Positions 29,976-39,569 of a stretch of DNA of 64,000 nt are shown here, one piece after another. The notes beneath the pieces were generated by a model that was given only the letters and a program-made list of their open reading frames with translations, did not search any database and was not told the DNA's origin. Position 1 is the first letter of the stretch, and the number at the start of each line of letters is the position of its first letter. The translations under genes and the position numbers were made by a program. The DNA comes from Gammaproteobacteria bacterium (GTDB lineage: Bacteria > Pseudomonadota > Gammaproteobacteria > Magnimaribacterales > D2472), in the NCBI GenBank assembly GCA_045564015.1, contig JBJLIB010000015.1:1913-65912 (forward strand). The letters are read 5' to 3'.

Positions 29976-32264
29976 ATGAATATGGATAAAAATTTAACTT
30001 CCATCAGTCTGAAGGAATATGCTGAGGAATCATATTTAAATTACTCAATGTATGTAATTTTAGATCGAGCATTGCCTCATATAGGCGATGGAATGAAGCC
30101 AGTTCAGAGACGAATCCTTTATGCAATGAGCGAACTGGGTTTGAATGCAGGTTCAAAATACAAGAAATCGGCAAGGACTGTTGGTGACGTGATTGGTAAA
30201 TTCCATCCTCATGGTGATAGTGCTGCATATGAAGCAATGGTGCTAATGGCACAGAATTTTTCCTTTCGGTATCCACTTGTAGATGGGCAAGGTAATTGGG
30301 GAACACAAGATGATCCTAAATCTTTTGCAGCTATGCGCTACACCGAATCAAAACTCACAGGATTCGCTGATTTACTTCTTGCTGAGTTAAAGCTTGGAAC
30401 AGTTGATTGGCAGCCTAATTTTGATGGCTCTTTGCTTGAGCCAACAATCCTACCTGCAAAAATACCTAGCATTCTCCTTAATGGAACAACTGGTATAGCT
30501 GTTGGCATGGCAACAGATATCCCATCTCATAATATAAAAGAGGTATTAGATGCTTGTATGCATGTTTTAGAAAACCCCAAAGCAAGCACAAAGGAATTAC
30601 TAAAATTTATTAAAGGACCAGACTTTAGTAATCATGCTCCAATTATTGCTTCATCTGAAGAGTTACAGGAGATGTATGAAACTGGTAGGGGAGGTTTTAA
30701 AATAAGAGCACATTGGGATGTAGAGGGCAATGATATTATTGTAAGAGCCTTGCCTCATCAGGCCTCTGGATCAAAAATACTTGAACAAATTGCAGATCAA
30801 ATGCAAAAGAAAAAACTTCCAATGGTTATTGATTTAAGAGATGAGGGTGACCATAAAGAGCCAGTTAGGTTAGTAATATCTCTGAAGTCTAATCGAATTG
30901 ATGCCACTGAAGTGATGAATCATCTCTATGCAACCAGTGATTTGCAAAAGAATTATCGCGCAAACATGAATTTGATTAGTCTTAAAGGCTCTCCAAGAGT
31001 ATTTGCTCTCAAAGATTTAATTTCTGAGTGGTTAAAGTTTAGACAGCAAACTGTCATGCGAAAACTTGAGCATAGATTAGATCAAGTTGACGATAGGATA
31101 CACATACTAGAGGGCTTATTAATTGTTTATCTTGATTTAGATAAAGTGATTCATATTATCCGTAATAGTGATGACCCCAAAAAAGAGTTGATGAAAGCAT
31201 TTAAAATTTCTGAGATTCAAACAAATGCCATTTTAGAAATTCGTCTAAGACAATTAGCGAAAATGGAGCAAATCAAGCTTGAAGAAGAAAAGGGTTTGCT
31301 CGAAATAGAAAGAGCTGAGCTAGAAAAAATAATAAAATCAAAAACTAGACTGAAGACTTATATCAAAAATGAGCTCAAGGAGATAAAAGAAAAATTTGGT
31401 GATGATCGAAATTCTCCTATTGAGTCCTCCTCAGCTGCTAAGGCATTTTCTGAGGAAGAAATGGTTACATCAGAGGCTGTAACTGTGATTTTATCTAAAG
31501 CCGGTTGGATTAGATCTGCCAAAGGCCATGATATTGATCCGACCAGCCTCACGTATCGGGGAGATGATAAGTTACAACATTTTGCAAAAGGAAGGAATAA
31601 TCAGACTTCAGTTTTTTTTGATTCTGGAGGAAAAGCATTTTCACTTTCCGCTCACTCTCTTCCATCTGCTAGAGGAATGGGAGAGCCATTGACTGGAAGA
31701 GTTGTTTCTGAATCTGGTGTAACATTCGAAGGTGTTGCAGTTGGATCAGAGGAATCTGAAATTCTAATTTCTAATACTGCAGGATTTGGTTTTATAGGCA
31801 ATTTATCTAATGCAATTTCTAACCAGAAAAAAGGTAAACAATTCATGAAAGTTCCTGAAGGCGCAAATGTTATCTCTCCAATTACCATTAATGAAACTCA
31901 TAAATTTGTTGCAGCAACATTTTCGTCTCAGGATAACAAAGGCAAAGTTAGCAATAAAATGTTAATTTTTCCAATAGAGGAATTACCTGTACTTCCAAAA
32001 GGGAAGGGTAATAAATTGATTAGTATTTCAACCAAAGCCTTTAAAGAAAAAGCTGAATATATGATGGATGTATGCTGTTTGGCTGAAGACAGTAAATTGC
32101 ATATTCATCATGAAGGCAAAACGGGCGGGAAAACTTGGACTCTAAAAGAACTAGAGGAGTATATCTCGTCAAGAGCGAAAAGAGGAAGAGTGCTCCCTAC
32201 TGGATACAATGGAATGATAAAGCTTGAAGAAATAGAAAGATCTACTGAACCTGCTCCTGAATAG
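29976..32264 (+). CDS. parC: DNA topoisomerase IV subunit A
   Basis: 762 aa. Motifs are [17 protein letters not shown] and the active-site region AAMRYTE. It starts 2 nt after parE. Confidence 0.9.
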   Translation: MNMDKNLTSISLKEYAEESYLNYSMYVILDRALPHIGDGMKPVQRRILYAMSELGLNAGSKYKKSARTVGDVIGKFHPHGDSAAYEAMVLMAQNFSFRYPLVDGQGNWGTQDDPKSFAAMRYTESKLTGFADLLLAELKLGTVDWQPNFDGSLLEPTILPAKIPSILLNGTTGIAVGMATDIPSHNIKEVLDACMHVLENPKASTKELLKFIKGPDFSNHAPIIASSEELQEMYETGRGGFKIRAHWDVEGNDIIVRALPHQASGSKILEQIADQMQKKKLPMVIDLRDEGDHKEPVRLVISLKSNRIDATEVMNHLYATSDLQKNYRANMNLISLKGSPRVFALKDLISEWLKFRQQTVMRKLEHRLDQVDDRIHILEGLLIVYLDLDKVIHIIRNSDDPKKELMKAFKISEIQTNAILEIRLRQLAKMEQIKLEEEKGLLEIERAELEKIIKSKTRLKTYIKNELKEIKEKFGDDRNSPIESSSAAKAFSEEEMVTSEAVTVILSKAGWIRSAKGHDIDPTSLTYRGDDKLQHFAKGRNNQTSVFFDSGGKAFSLSAHSLPSARGMGEPLTGRVVSESGVTFEGVAVGSEESEILISNTAGFGFIGNLSNAISNQKKGKQFMKVPEGANVISPITINETHKFVAATFSSQDNKGKVSNKMLIFPIEELPVLPKGKGNKLISISTKAFKEKAEYMMDVCCLAEDSKLHIHHEGKTGGKTWTLKELEEYISSRAKRGRVLPTGYNGMIKLEEIERSTEPAPE

Positions 32265-33441
32265 TCTGTTTTAAGATTTTTAAGCCCTTCATAATTACTT
32301 CATCTTCAATAATCAAGCTAGGCGCTATGCGAATAGTATTATTGTTCGCTTTTAAAATCATCAGACCTTTTGCATAGCAACCTTTCATAACAGTATCTAG
32401 ATTAAATTTTTCAGTAGCATTTAACTTGCAACCAATCCAAAGACCTGAGCTTCTGATTGCACTAAAGCATTTAAACTCTTTATTAATGTTCTTTAATTCA
32501 GTTAAAAATATTTTTTCTTTTTTCTTTACCCCATTAAGTAATGATTTCTTAGTCAGCATGATCATGACTTGCTCAGCTACAGCACAGGCAAGTGGATTTC
32601 CACCAAATGTAGATCCATGCGAGCCTAGTTGCATGCATTCAGAAATTTTTGTAGATGTCAGAATAGCTCCGATGGGTATTCCGCCACCAATACCTTTAGC
32701 ACAACACATAATATCTGGCTTGATACCAAATTGCTCATAGGCAAACAAGGTTCCAGTTCTTCCAGCTCCTGATTGAACTTCATCAACAATAATGAGGACC
32801 TTATTTTGCTTACATAACCTTTTTATCTTTTGAACAAAGTCCTTTTTTGCTTTTATAATCCCAGCTTCTCCTTGAACAAGCTCGATAATTACAGCTGCAG
32901 TATTTTTTGTAATAACTTTTTCTAAGTCTTTTATTTCATTGTATGGATGATGTTTGATTCCCTTAGGCATAGGTCCGAATCCTTCAACAAATCTATCAGA
33001 TCCATTTAAAGCTATTGTCATCATAGTTCGACCATGAAATGCATCAGAGAATGAAACTATTTCATTCTTTTTTTTGTTTATATTAGTGTATGCATATTTT
33101 CTTGCAGTCTTTATTGCACCTTCAACAGCTTCGGCTCCTGAGTTAGAAAAAAATACTTTTTCAGCAAAAGTATGTTTGCAAAAAATTTTTGCTAATCTGA
33201 GAGCTGGCTCATTAGTTAGCAAATTTGATAAGTGCCAAATTTTTTTAGATTGATCTACCAGAGCTTTGTTAAGGATTGGATGACAATGCCCCAAGCTAGA
33301 AACTGCAATTCCAGATGCAAAATCTATATACTTTTTATTTTTTTTGTCCCAAACCCAAGATCCCCTTGCTTTAGAGGGAACAAACTCTGCCGGTTTGTAT
33401 GTCGGCATCATATATCGGTTAAAATCTGTTCTAGTGACCAT
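32242..33441 (-). CDS. argD: acetylornithine/succinyl-diaminopimelate-type class III aminotransferase
   Basis: 399 aa. Motifs are MMPTY...[37 protein letters not shown] and the PLP-lysine region CCAKGIGGG. Confidence 0.8.
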   Translation of the reverse strand: MVTRTDFNRYMMPTYKPAEFVPSKARGSWVWDKKNKKYIDFASGIAVSSLGHCHPILNKALVDQSKKIWHLSNLLTNEPALRLAKIFCKHTFAEKVFFSNSGAEAVEGAIKTARKYAYTNINKKKNEIVSFSDAFHGRTMMTIALNGSDRFVEGFGPMPKGIKHHPYNEIKDLEKVITKNTAAVIIELVQGEAGIIKAKKDFVQKIKRLCKQNKVLIIVDEVQSGAGRTGTLFAYEQFGIKPDIMCCAKGIGGGIPIGAILTSTKISECMQLGSHGSTFGGNPLACAVAEQVMIMLTKKSLLNGVKKKEKIFLTELKNINKEFKCFSAIRSSGLWIGCKLNATEKFNLDTVMKGCYAKGLMILKANNNTIRIAPSLIIEDEVIMKGLKILKQTIQEQVQ

Positions 33442-33456
33442 AAAGACAATTGTAAT

Positions 33457-33948
33457 ATGATTAGGATTGAAGAAACTACAGAAAATAATTTTTTAATAGA
33501 AATTTCTCCTAATTATTCGCTAAGAGGATGGAGTCGAGTAATTTTTTTGGGTAGCTTGGCTTTTATCTGTTTAGGTATTGGAGTTTTTTTTCTTATTATG
33601 GGCGCTGGATTAATTTTGCCATTTGCAGGTTTAGAGGTGATTATTGTTTTCATTTGTTTTGGGTTGAGTTTTCGGTGGAGTCAGCAAAAAGAAATTATTT
33701 ATATTTCAAATGATAAAATTAAATTAGAGCAAGGAAGGTTAATAAAGGAAAAGAGCTGGGAAGAGTTTAGAAGTTTTGTTGTCCTTGAGGTGGAAACTGA
33801 TCAGTACAACTCAAATCAATTTTGCTTTCAATCTAAAGGTAAAAGGTTTTATTTTGGATCGTTTTTGAATGATGAAGATAAGCTTATTCTTAAAAATGAA
33901 TTAAAAAGAATTATTGGTCACCTAAATGCATTATCTCCAGGCCTTTAA
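33457..33948 (+). CDS. DUF2244-like two-TM membrane protein
   Basis: I trimmed the ORF-track frame 33232..33948 to the in-frame ATG at 33457 (MIRIEETTENNFLIEISPNYSLRGWS...). The 5' extension would run antisense through the argD start. The protein has two adjacent TM helices and then a soluble domain, as in DUF2244. Confidence 0.5.
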   Translation: MIRIEETTENNFLIEISPNYSLRGWSRVIFLGSLAFICLGIGVFFLIMGAGLILPFAGLEVIIVFICFGLSFRWSQQKEIIYISNDKIKLEQGRLIKEKSWEEFRSFVVLEVETDQYNSNQFCFQSKGKRFYFGSFLNDEDKLILKNELKRIIGHLNALSPGL

Positions 33949-35172
33949 TTTTTTTGGGACCATTTGCATTTTGCCAGCTTGATAATTGATATTTTTGCTG
34001 TCTTCAATCTTACCTTCAATCAGAGGTTGAAAATAGCTTCGCGCTTTCTTTGTCATTCCCAATCCATCTTTTGAAATAAATGCAGCGGGCAGTTTTTTTT
34101 CAACATTTGCGATTTTTGTTAATGGGGCAGAAACAACCTCCCACTTATAAGGTGTTGAGCTTCTACGCTTGATCACAGGCATGACTCCATTTAAGCCTTG
34201 TGTAGCATATAGGACTGCCTTTCTACCAACTTCGTATGCATGAGCTCTATCTACACCTGATGATAAGTGGCTTGCGCTTCTTTGAAGGTAGTCAGCGACA
34301 GCCCAATGATTTTTTAATTTCAATTTTTGATTAATTAGATCTGCTAACCTAGGAGCTACACCTCCAAGTTGGCTGTGGCCAAACGCATCTTTTGAGTCTG
34401 ATTCAGCTAAGAATTTTCCTTGAGAATTTTTGATTCCTTCTGATGCAACAATCACACAAAAACCATTTTTTTTAACTGTCTCTTTGACCTTTGCCAAGAA
34501 CTTCTTTTGATTAAAGCTTATCTCAGGTAGCAAGATTATGTGAGGCGCCCCCGGGTGACTATCTTGAGCTAGGCAGCTTGAACCAGCTATCCAGCCTGCA
34601 TGTCTCCCCATTACTTCAAGGATAAAGACCTTTGTAGAAGTCTCATGCATTGATTCAACATCTAGAGCTGCTTCAATAGTTGAGGTGACTACATATTTAG
34701 CTACTGAGCCAAATCCTGGACAGCAGTCTGTAACAGCAAGATCATTATCTACTGTCTTTGGAATAGCAACACACTGCAAAGGATAGCCTAGCTTTTTGCT
34801 TATCTGAGAAATTTTCAAAGCAGTATCTGCAGAATCATTTCCACCGTTATAAAAAAAATATCCAATGTTATGAGCCTTAAAAACTTCAATTAACCTTTCA
34901 TATTCTTTTAAATTTTCATCTATGCTTTTAAGTTTATATCGACATGAACCAAAGACTCCTCCTGGTCTATACTTTAAGCCTTCAATAAATTTTTTTGATT
35001 CTTTAGAGGTATCTATTAACTCTTCTCTTAAAGCTCCCAATATTCCATTTTTACCTGCATAAACTTTTCCAATCTTTACTGATTTCCTTGCTTCTAATAT
35101 TACTGCGCTTGCAGAGGCATTTATTACAGATGTCACACCACCAGATTGAGCATAAAAAGCATTTTTTTTCAT
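33931..35172 (-). CDS. pfp: 6-phosphofructokinase, residues suggest the PPi-dependent type
   Basis: 413 aa. Motifs are YAQSGGVTSVINAS, GGNDS (Asp where ATP-dependent PFKs have Gly in GGDGS), IPKTVDNDL (Lys where ATP-dependent PFKs have Gly) and MGRHAGW. Confidence 0.75.
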   Translation of the reverse strand: MKKNAFYAQSGGVTSVINASASAVILEARKSVKIGKVYAGKNGILGALREELIDTSKESKKFIEGLKYRPGGVFGSCRYKLKSIDENLKEYERLIEVFKAHNIGYFFYNGGNDSADTALKISQISKKLGYPLQCVAIPKTVDNDLAVTDCCPGFGSVAKYVVTSTIEAALDVESMHETSTKVFILEVMGRHAGWIAGSSCLAQDSHPGAPHIILLPEISFNQKKFLAKVKETVKKNGFCVIVASEGIKNSQGKFLAESDSKDAFGHSQLGGVAPRLADLINQKLKLKNHWAVADYLQRSASHLSSGVDRAHAYEVGRKAVLYATQGLNGVMPVIKRRSSTPYKWEVVSAPLTKIANVEKKLPAAFISKDGLGMTKKARSYFQPLIEGKIEDSKNINYQAGKMQMVPKKLKAWR

Positions 35173-35232
35173 TAGTTTAAAAATTAATTAATTTGGTCTA
35201 TGGTATCAAATGTTACCGATAAATATTTAAAA

Positions 35233-36534
35233 ATGAAAATTCATATACTAGGCATTTGTGGCACCTTTATGGGAGGCCTCGCCCAAATACTTATTGAAAA
35301 AGGCCATACGGTTTCAGGAAGTGATAAACAGTTTTATCCTCCGATGTCCGATCAACTTAATTCTCTTGGCATAGAAATGATAGAAGGTTATGAAGAATTA
35401 AATTTACCATCTGCTGATCTTTATGTCATAGGTAACTCCCTAAGCAGAGGCAACTCATCTGTTGAATATATTTTAAATCAGAAGCTTGAGTATACATCTG
35501 GGCCTCAAATGCTAGGTGACATGATCCGTGATCGAACTGTAATTGCTGTATCAGGAACACACGGAAAAACCTCAACATCATTTTTACTTTGCGAAATCTT
35601 TCAAGCTCAAGGTATTGATATTGGATTTTTGGTTGGTGGCGTAAGTGATTCGTTTGAGAATTCTGCGCGCCTGGGATCCTCTCCATATTTTGTGATTGAA
35701 GCAGATGAATATGATTCAGCTTTTTTTGATAAGCGCTCAAAATTTGTTCATTATCATCCACATACTTTTATCGTAAATAATATTGAATTTGATCATGCGG
35801 ATATATTTAATGATGTATCAGATATCTTGAAGCAATTTCATCACGCTATCAGAACAGTGCCAGCAAATGGACATGTTCTTTTTCATGATGATGACAAAAA
35901 TATTTTAGATTTAATCGAGTTGGGTTGCTGGTCTAATAAACATCAACTAGGAAGCCAAGAAACCATTCAGCTTTCAATTGACGAAGGCGCAATAAGTTTT
36001 CAAAATCAAAAATTTGCTATTAGGGATCTTCCCCTGCATGGAGAGCACAACTTACGTAATGCAGTCATGGCTATGTATGCAGCTTTTCTTCATGGCATTC
36101 ATCCCAAGGAATCATTCTCAGCTCTGAAGCATTCAAAAGGAGTAAAAAGGAGATTTGAGACAGTGTTTCAAAATGAAGATAAGTTGGTCATTGATGATTT
36201 TGCCCATCATCCCACAGCAATAGCACATACAGTTAAAGCAGCTATCAATCATTTTCCTTCTCAAAAGATATTAGGCATTATTGAACTTGCTTCTAACACT
36301 ATGTCTCAAGGTCATCACGGAGCTGAGTTGTATGAGAGCTCTTCGGGCTTGGAAAAAGTCTTCTGGCTGAATTTATCCGGAAAAAGAAATCAGGAATTTG
36401 AGTATGATTCCATAAAGTTGCTATTAACAGATTTAAAAAAAGACATAGTTAATTTTGATGTTATTCTTATCATGAGCAATAAAGATAGTAAAAAAATATC
36501 GGAGCCAGTAATTGACCTCATCAAAAGCAAATAA
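35233..36534 (+). CDS. mpl: UDP-N-acetylmuramate:L-alanyl-gamma-D-glutamyl-meso-DAP ligase
   Basis: MKIHILGICGTFMGGLAQILIEKGHTVSGSD...YPPMS closely follows the E. coli Mpl N-terminus (MRIHILGICGTFMGGLA). The Mur ligase P-loop is GTHGKTST. The ORF track offers an upstream start at 35200. Confidence 0.85.
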   Translation: MKIHILGICGTFMGGLAQILIEKGHTVSGSDKQFYPPMSDQLNSLGIEMIEGYEELNLPSADLYVIGNSLSRGNSSVEYILNQKLEYTSGPQMLGDMIRDRTVIAVSGTHGKTSTSFLLCEIFQAQGIDIGFLVGGVSDSFENSARLGSSPYFVIEADEYDSAFFDKRSKFVHYHPHTFIVNNIEFDHADIFNDVSDILKQFHHAIRTVPANGHVLFHDDDKNILDLIELGCWSNKHQLGSQETIQLSIDEGAISFQNQKFAIRDLPLHGEHNLRNAVMAMYAAFLHGIHPKESFSALKHSKGVKRRFETVFQNEDKLVIDDFAHHPTAIAHTVKAAINHFPSQKILGIIELASNTMSQGHHGAELYESSSGLEKVFWLNLSGKRNQEFEYDSIKLLLTDLKKDIVNFDVILIMSNKDSKKISEPVIDLIKSK

Positions 36535-37111
36535 ACTTCCAGTATTTCCATTGGGATTAGTCGTTTTGCCTGGCACCATACAAACACTACAGATTTTTGA
36601 GCCCAGATACCTCTCCATGGTTAAAAACTGTATGAGCAGCGATACCGGCTTTGTTATTACTCTTAGTAAAAGCAATCAATCTGGCGAGAGCTTTATGTCC
36701 CAGGGAACTTTTGTAGAAATTATTGATTTCAATCAACTGCCTAATGGATTATTAGGCATTACGGTAAGAGGATCACAAAAAGTATCGATTAAATCTGTTG
36801 AGCAACTTGAGTCAAGGCTTTATTACGCATCCATCTCTCCAATTGCAGAACCCGTTGTTGATGATCAAGCAGTGCTTGCTCAATTCCCGGAGTTAATAAA
36901 TGTCCTTAGTCAGCTAAAAGAGCATCCGCAAGTAAAATCTCTACCTTTAGAAATTGATCTTTTATCTGCTGAATCTGTAAGTTATCAATTGGCAGGTTTA
37001 ATTCCAATTACCCCTTCGCAGAAGCAGTCCTTGCTTGAAGCGTTTGATTCAAAACAGCGAATGAATCTTCTTGAAAAATTAGTCAATCAAATTTCAGAAA
37101 ACTCAGCTTAA
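36512..37111 (+). CDS. LON substrate-binding (Lon N-terminal) domain protein
   Basis: 199 aa. LPVFPLGLVVLPGTIQTLQIFEPRYLSMV is the typical start of a Lon N-terminal domain. There is no ATPase or protease part. Confidence 0.65.
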   Translation: MTSSKANKLPVFPLGLVVLPGTIQTLQIFEPRYLSMVKNCMSSDTGFVITLSKSNQSGESFMSQGTFVEIIDFNQLPNGLLGITVRGSQKVSIKSVEQLESRLYYASISPIAEPVVDDQAVLAQFPELINVLSQLKEHPQVKSLPLEIDLLSAESVSYQLAGLIPITPSQKQSLLEAFDSKQRMNLLEKLVNQISENSA

Positions 37112-38118
37112 ATTTTTAGTAACTGTTTACCCTTGTTTTCTCCGGTAAAAAGCCTATTAAGAGTTTGCGGGCAGTTTTCAATTCCCTCCTGAATATCTTC
37201 TCTATGTTGAAGTTTTCCCTCCATGACCCAAGTAGCTATTTCTTCTAAGGCTTGTTGGGAGCGAGGCAAATAATCTAGAACTAGAAATCCCTGCATTGTT
37301 GCTCGTTTAATAATTAAAGAAAATAAGTTATTTGGCCCATCTGGTGGTCTGGTTGCATCATATCCTGAAGAAATCCCACCACATAAAAGAACTCGAGCAT
37401 TTATATTTATTAGATAAAGAACAGTTTCAAGTATCTCTCCGCCGACATTATCGAAATATATATCAATTCCATCTTTTGCAATTTTAGGAAGCTCTTCATG
37501 AACATCTGAATTCTTATAGTCAATTACATCATCAACACCAGCTTCTTTGAGCCAATCGCATTTTTCCTTACCTCCAGCTATTCCTATGACATGACATCCC
37601 TTAAGTTTAGCTATTTGAACTACTACCGAACCAGTAGCACCAGCGGCTCCAGATACTAAAACCGTTTCACCAGGCTGAGGATCACCAAGTTCTATTAATC
37701 CATAGTAGGCCGTGATGCCAGTTGTACCCATTACATTTAACATTGTGGGTATTGGCAGCAGATCAGGAATTACCCTAAATCTGTCATCAGCTTCAGGCTT
37801 AGTTACGCAATGAGATTGCCAACCTACAAAACCAAAGGTTAAATCACCAACCTTATATTCAGGATTCCTGGATTCCAGCACACGACCCACGCCACCTGAT
37901 CGAATAACTTCACCTATTTGGACAGGAGGAAGATAGCCAGGGACATCATTCAACCATCCTCTTTGAGTAGGATCAAAAGAAAGATAGATATTTTCAAGGA
38001 GAATCTCACCTTCATCTATTTCTGGAAGAACTTCAGTAATTAATTCAAAATCTGAATCTTTTACCAGACCTTGTGGCCTGTTTTTCAAAACCCATTTTTT
38101 ATTTGAAATTCCCATCAT
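37108..38118 (-). CDS. NADP-dependent medium-chain oxidoreductase (YncB/CurA, alkenal/one reductase-like)
   Basis: 336 aa. Motifs are WVLKNRPQG...DFEL, YLSFDPTQRGW and the cofactor loop VSGAAGATGSVVVQIAK. Confidence 0.8.
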   Translation of the reverse strand: MMGISNKKWVLKNRPQGLVKDSDFELITEVLPEIDEGEILLENIYLSFDPTQRGWLNDVPGYLPPVQIGEVIRSGGVGRVLESRNPEYKVGDLTFGFVGWQSHCVTKPEADDRFRVIPDLLPIPTMLNVMGTTGITAYYGLIELGDPQPGETVLVSGAAGATGSVVVQIAKLKGCHVIGIAGGKEKCDWLKEAGVDDVIDYKNSDVHEELPKIAKDGIDIYFDNVGGEILETVLYLININARVLLCGGISSGYDATRPPDGPNNLFSLIIKRATMQGFLVLDYLPRSQQALEEIATWVMEGKLQHREDIQEGIENCPQTLNRLFTGENKGKQLLKI

Positions 38119-38172
38119 CTCTCCTCTAGTTTAAATTTTTTATTAGATTATTAGTTTTATTTTACTTTATTA

Positions 38173-38607
38173 CTAGTTGGCATTTCTCTTAAGTGGAGGT
38201 TTATTTGCTTTAACTCTAATCCAATTTAAAGCTCTAAAAATAGAAGGTATTGCAACTAGTTTTTTTTCTAATTTATATTTACCTGGATAGTTTGCTAATA
38301 ATAATCCCGTCACTATTGTTAGCAATCCTTGGCCAGGCAAAACTAACATTAATAGACCTCCAATAATCAGGGAGAATCCAATTATATTTTTTCCAAATAT
38401 AACTGCCAATCTTAAAATCGGTTTTTGCTCTTGCCACTTAGAGGGTTTTCTCTTTGTTGATAGAAAATAATCTTCAGGTATTTGAGCAATAAACCAACTA
38501 ATACCCAAAATACTGAGTATAAAAATAAGAATAGAAGATATTCCTAGGCCTATTAAAACTCCTGGATGATTTGAAAACCAAGAGATGAAAGCATTTACAT
38601 AATTCAT
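38173..38607 (-). CDS. hypothetical membrane protein (PGPGW-like)
   Basis: 144 aa with 3-4 TM helices. LVLPGQGLLTIVTGLLL resembles the PGPGW motif family. The assignment is weak. Confidence 0.4.
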   Translation of the reverse strand: MNYVNAFISWFSNHPGVLIGLGISSILIFILSILGISWFIAQIPEDYFLSTKRKPSKWQEQKPILRLAVIFGKNIIGFSLIIGGLLMLVLPGQGLLTIVTGLLLANYPGKYKLEKKLVAIPSIFRALNWIRVKANKPPLKRNAN

Positions 38608-38766
38608 TTATCTATCTTAATCAAAAGATTTGTTGAAAGAATATATAAATTAGAAATATTTAATAGATTTATTCATTTAAGTTAGATATTCTGCTTGTTT
38701 AGCTGGAATGGAATATTAAAATTAATTCATACAATTTAAACAAGCATCATAAGGTCAAAAACTGCT

Positions 38767-39105
38767 ATGGAAACCCCTGATTTACAAACAATCTGTTGTG
38801 AAGCGCTGGATGATTTAAAGGCTCAGAATATTCTTGTTCTAGATATTCGGGAGATCTCAGATTTTGCTCATTGGTTTATAATAGCCACCGCTTCTTCCTC
38901 AAGAAATGCAAAAGCAATTTCTAATAAATTGATTGAATCACTCAAGCTGCAAAAGCAGAATTTAGTTGGTGTTGAGGGTCAGGATGATTCAGAGTGGATC
39001 TTGGTTGATTGTGGAGATGTTGTTGTAAATATAATGCAACAAGAAACCCGTGAGTTTTATGACTTAGAGAGTTTATGGGGTGAAAAAACTCTTGTTTCTG
39101 CCTGA
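38767..39105 (+). CDS. rsfS: ribosome silencing factor
   Basis: 112 aa. ALDDLKAQNILVLDIREISDFAHWFIIATASSSRNAKAI is typical of RsfS/YbeB. It lies upstream of rlmH as in other Gammaproteobacteria. Confidence 0.85.
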   Translation: METPDLQTICCEALDDLKAQNILVLDIREISDFAHWFIIATASSSRNAKAISNKLIESLKLQKQNLVGVEGQDDSEWILVDCGDVVVNIMQQETREFYDLESLWGEKTLVSA

Positions 39106-39569
39106 TGAAATGCAAAATTATCAGCATTAGTCATAAGGCATCTGACTGGGAGCAAAAAGCTTTACAATTTTATACCAAACAATTGCCTAATCACTTTCAA
39201 GTTTCGAATGTTGAGGTGAAGCCTTTTGTCTCAAAATCTATAAATAGAGATTCTATATTAGAGGCCGAAGGTTTGGAAATCTTAAAAAATGTTGACCAAG
39301 ATGCCACCGTAATTTTATGGGATAGGCAAGGGCAAAAGATTGATAGTCTTAATTTTGCTAGCCTTTTGCAGGAACAAATTGATCATGGGAAAAATATTAA
39401 CTTTGTTATTGGCGGTTCTCATGGTGTGTCAAAGAGTATATTTGAAAACTCAAAATTAACTTTATCGGCTTCAGAATTAACTTTTCCTCATAGGCTTTTT
39501 AAAATATTTTTAATGGAACAAATTTTTAGAGCGAGCACAATTCATCGAAATCATCCGTATCATAAATAA
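39105..39569 (+). CDS. rlmH: 23S rRNA (pseudouridine1915-N3)-methyltransferase
   Basis: 154 aa SPOUT protein. It has FVIGGSHGV and the C-terminal FPHRLFKIFLMEQIFRA...NHPYHK signature. Confidence 0.85.
   Translation: MKCKIISISHKASDWEQKALQFYTKQLPNHFQVSNVEVKPFVSKSINRDSILEAEGLEILKNVDQDATVILWDRQGQKIDSLNFASLLQEQIDHGKNINFVIGGSHGVSKSIFENSKLTLSASELTFPHRLFKIFLMEQIFRASTIHRNHPYHK

Noticed and set aside
33232-33456. The 5' extension of the 33232..33948 ORF (first 75 codons).
   Set aside because: It runs antisense through the argD N-terminal coding region and translates to Cys/Arg/Phe-rich nonsense. The in-frame ATG at 33457 gives a sensible DUF2244-like N-terminus.
36390-36675. Two minus-strand ORFs (36390..36587 and 36433..36675) across the mpl / Lon-N-domain gene junction.
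   Set aside because: Both are antisense to confidently called + strand genes and have hydrophobic, low-information translations. I treat them as shadow ORFs.
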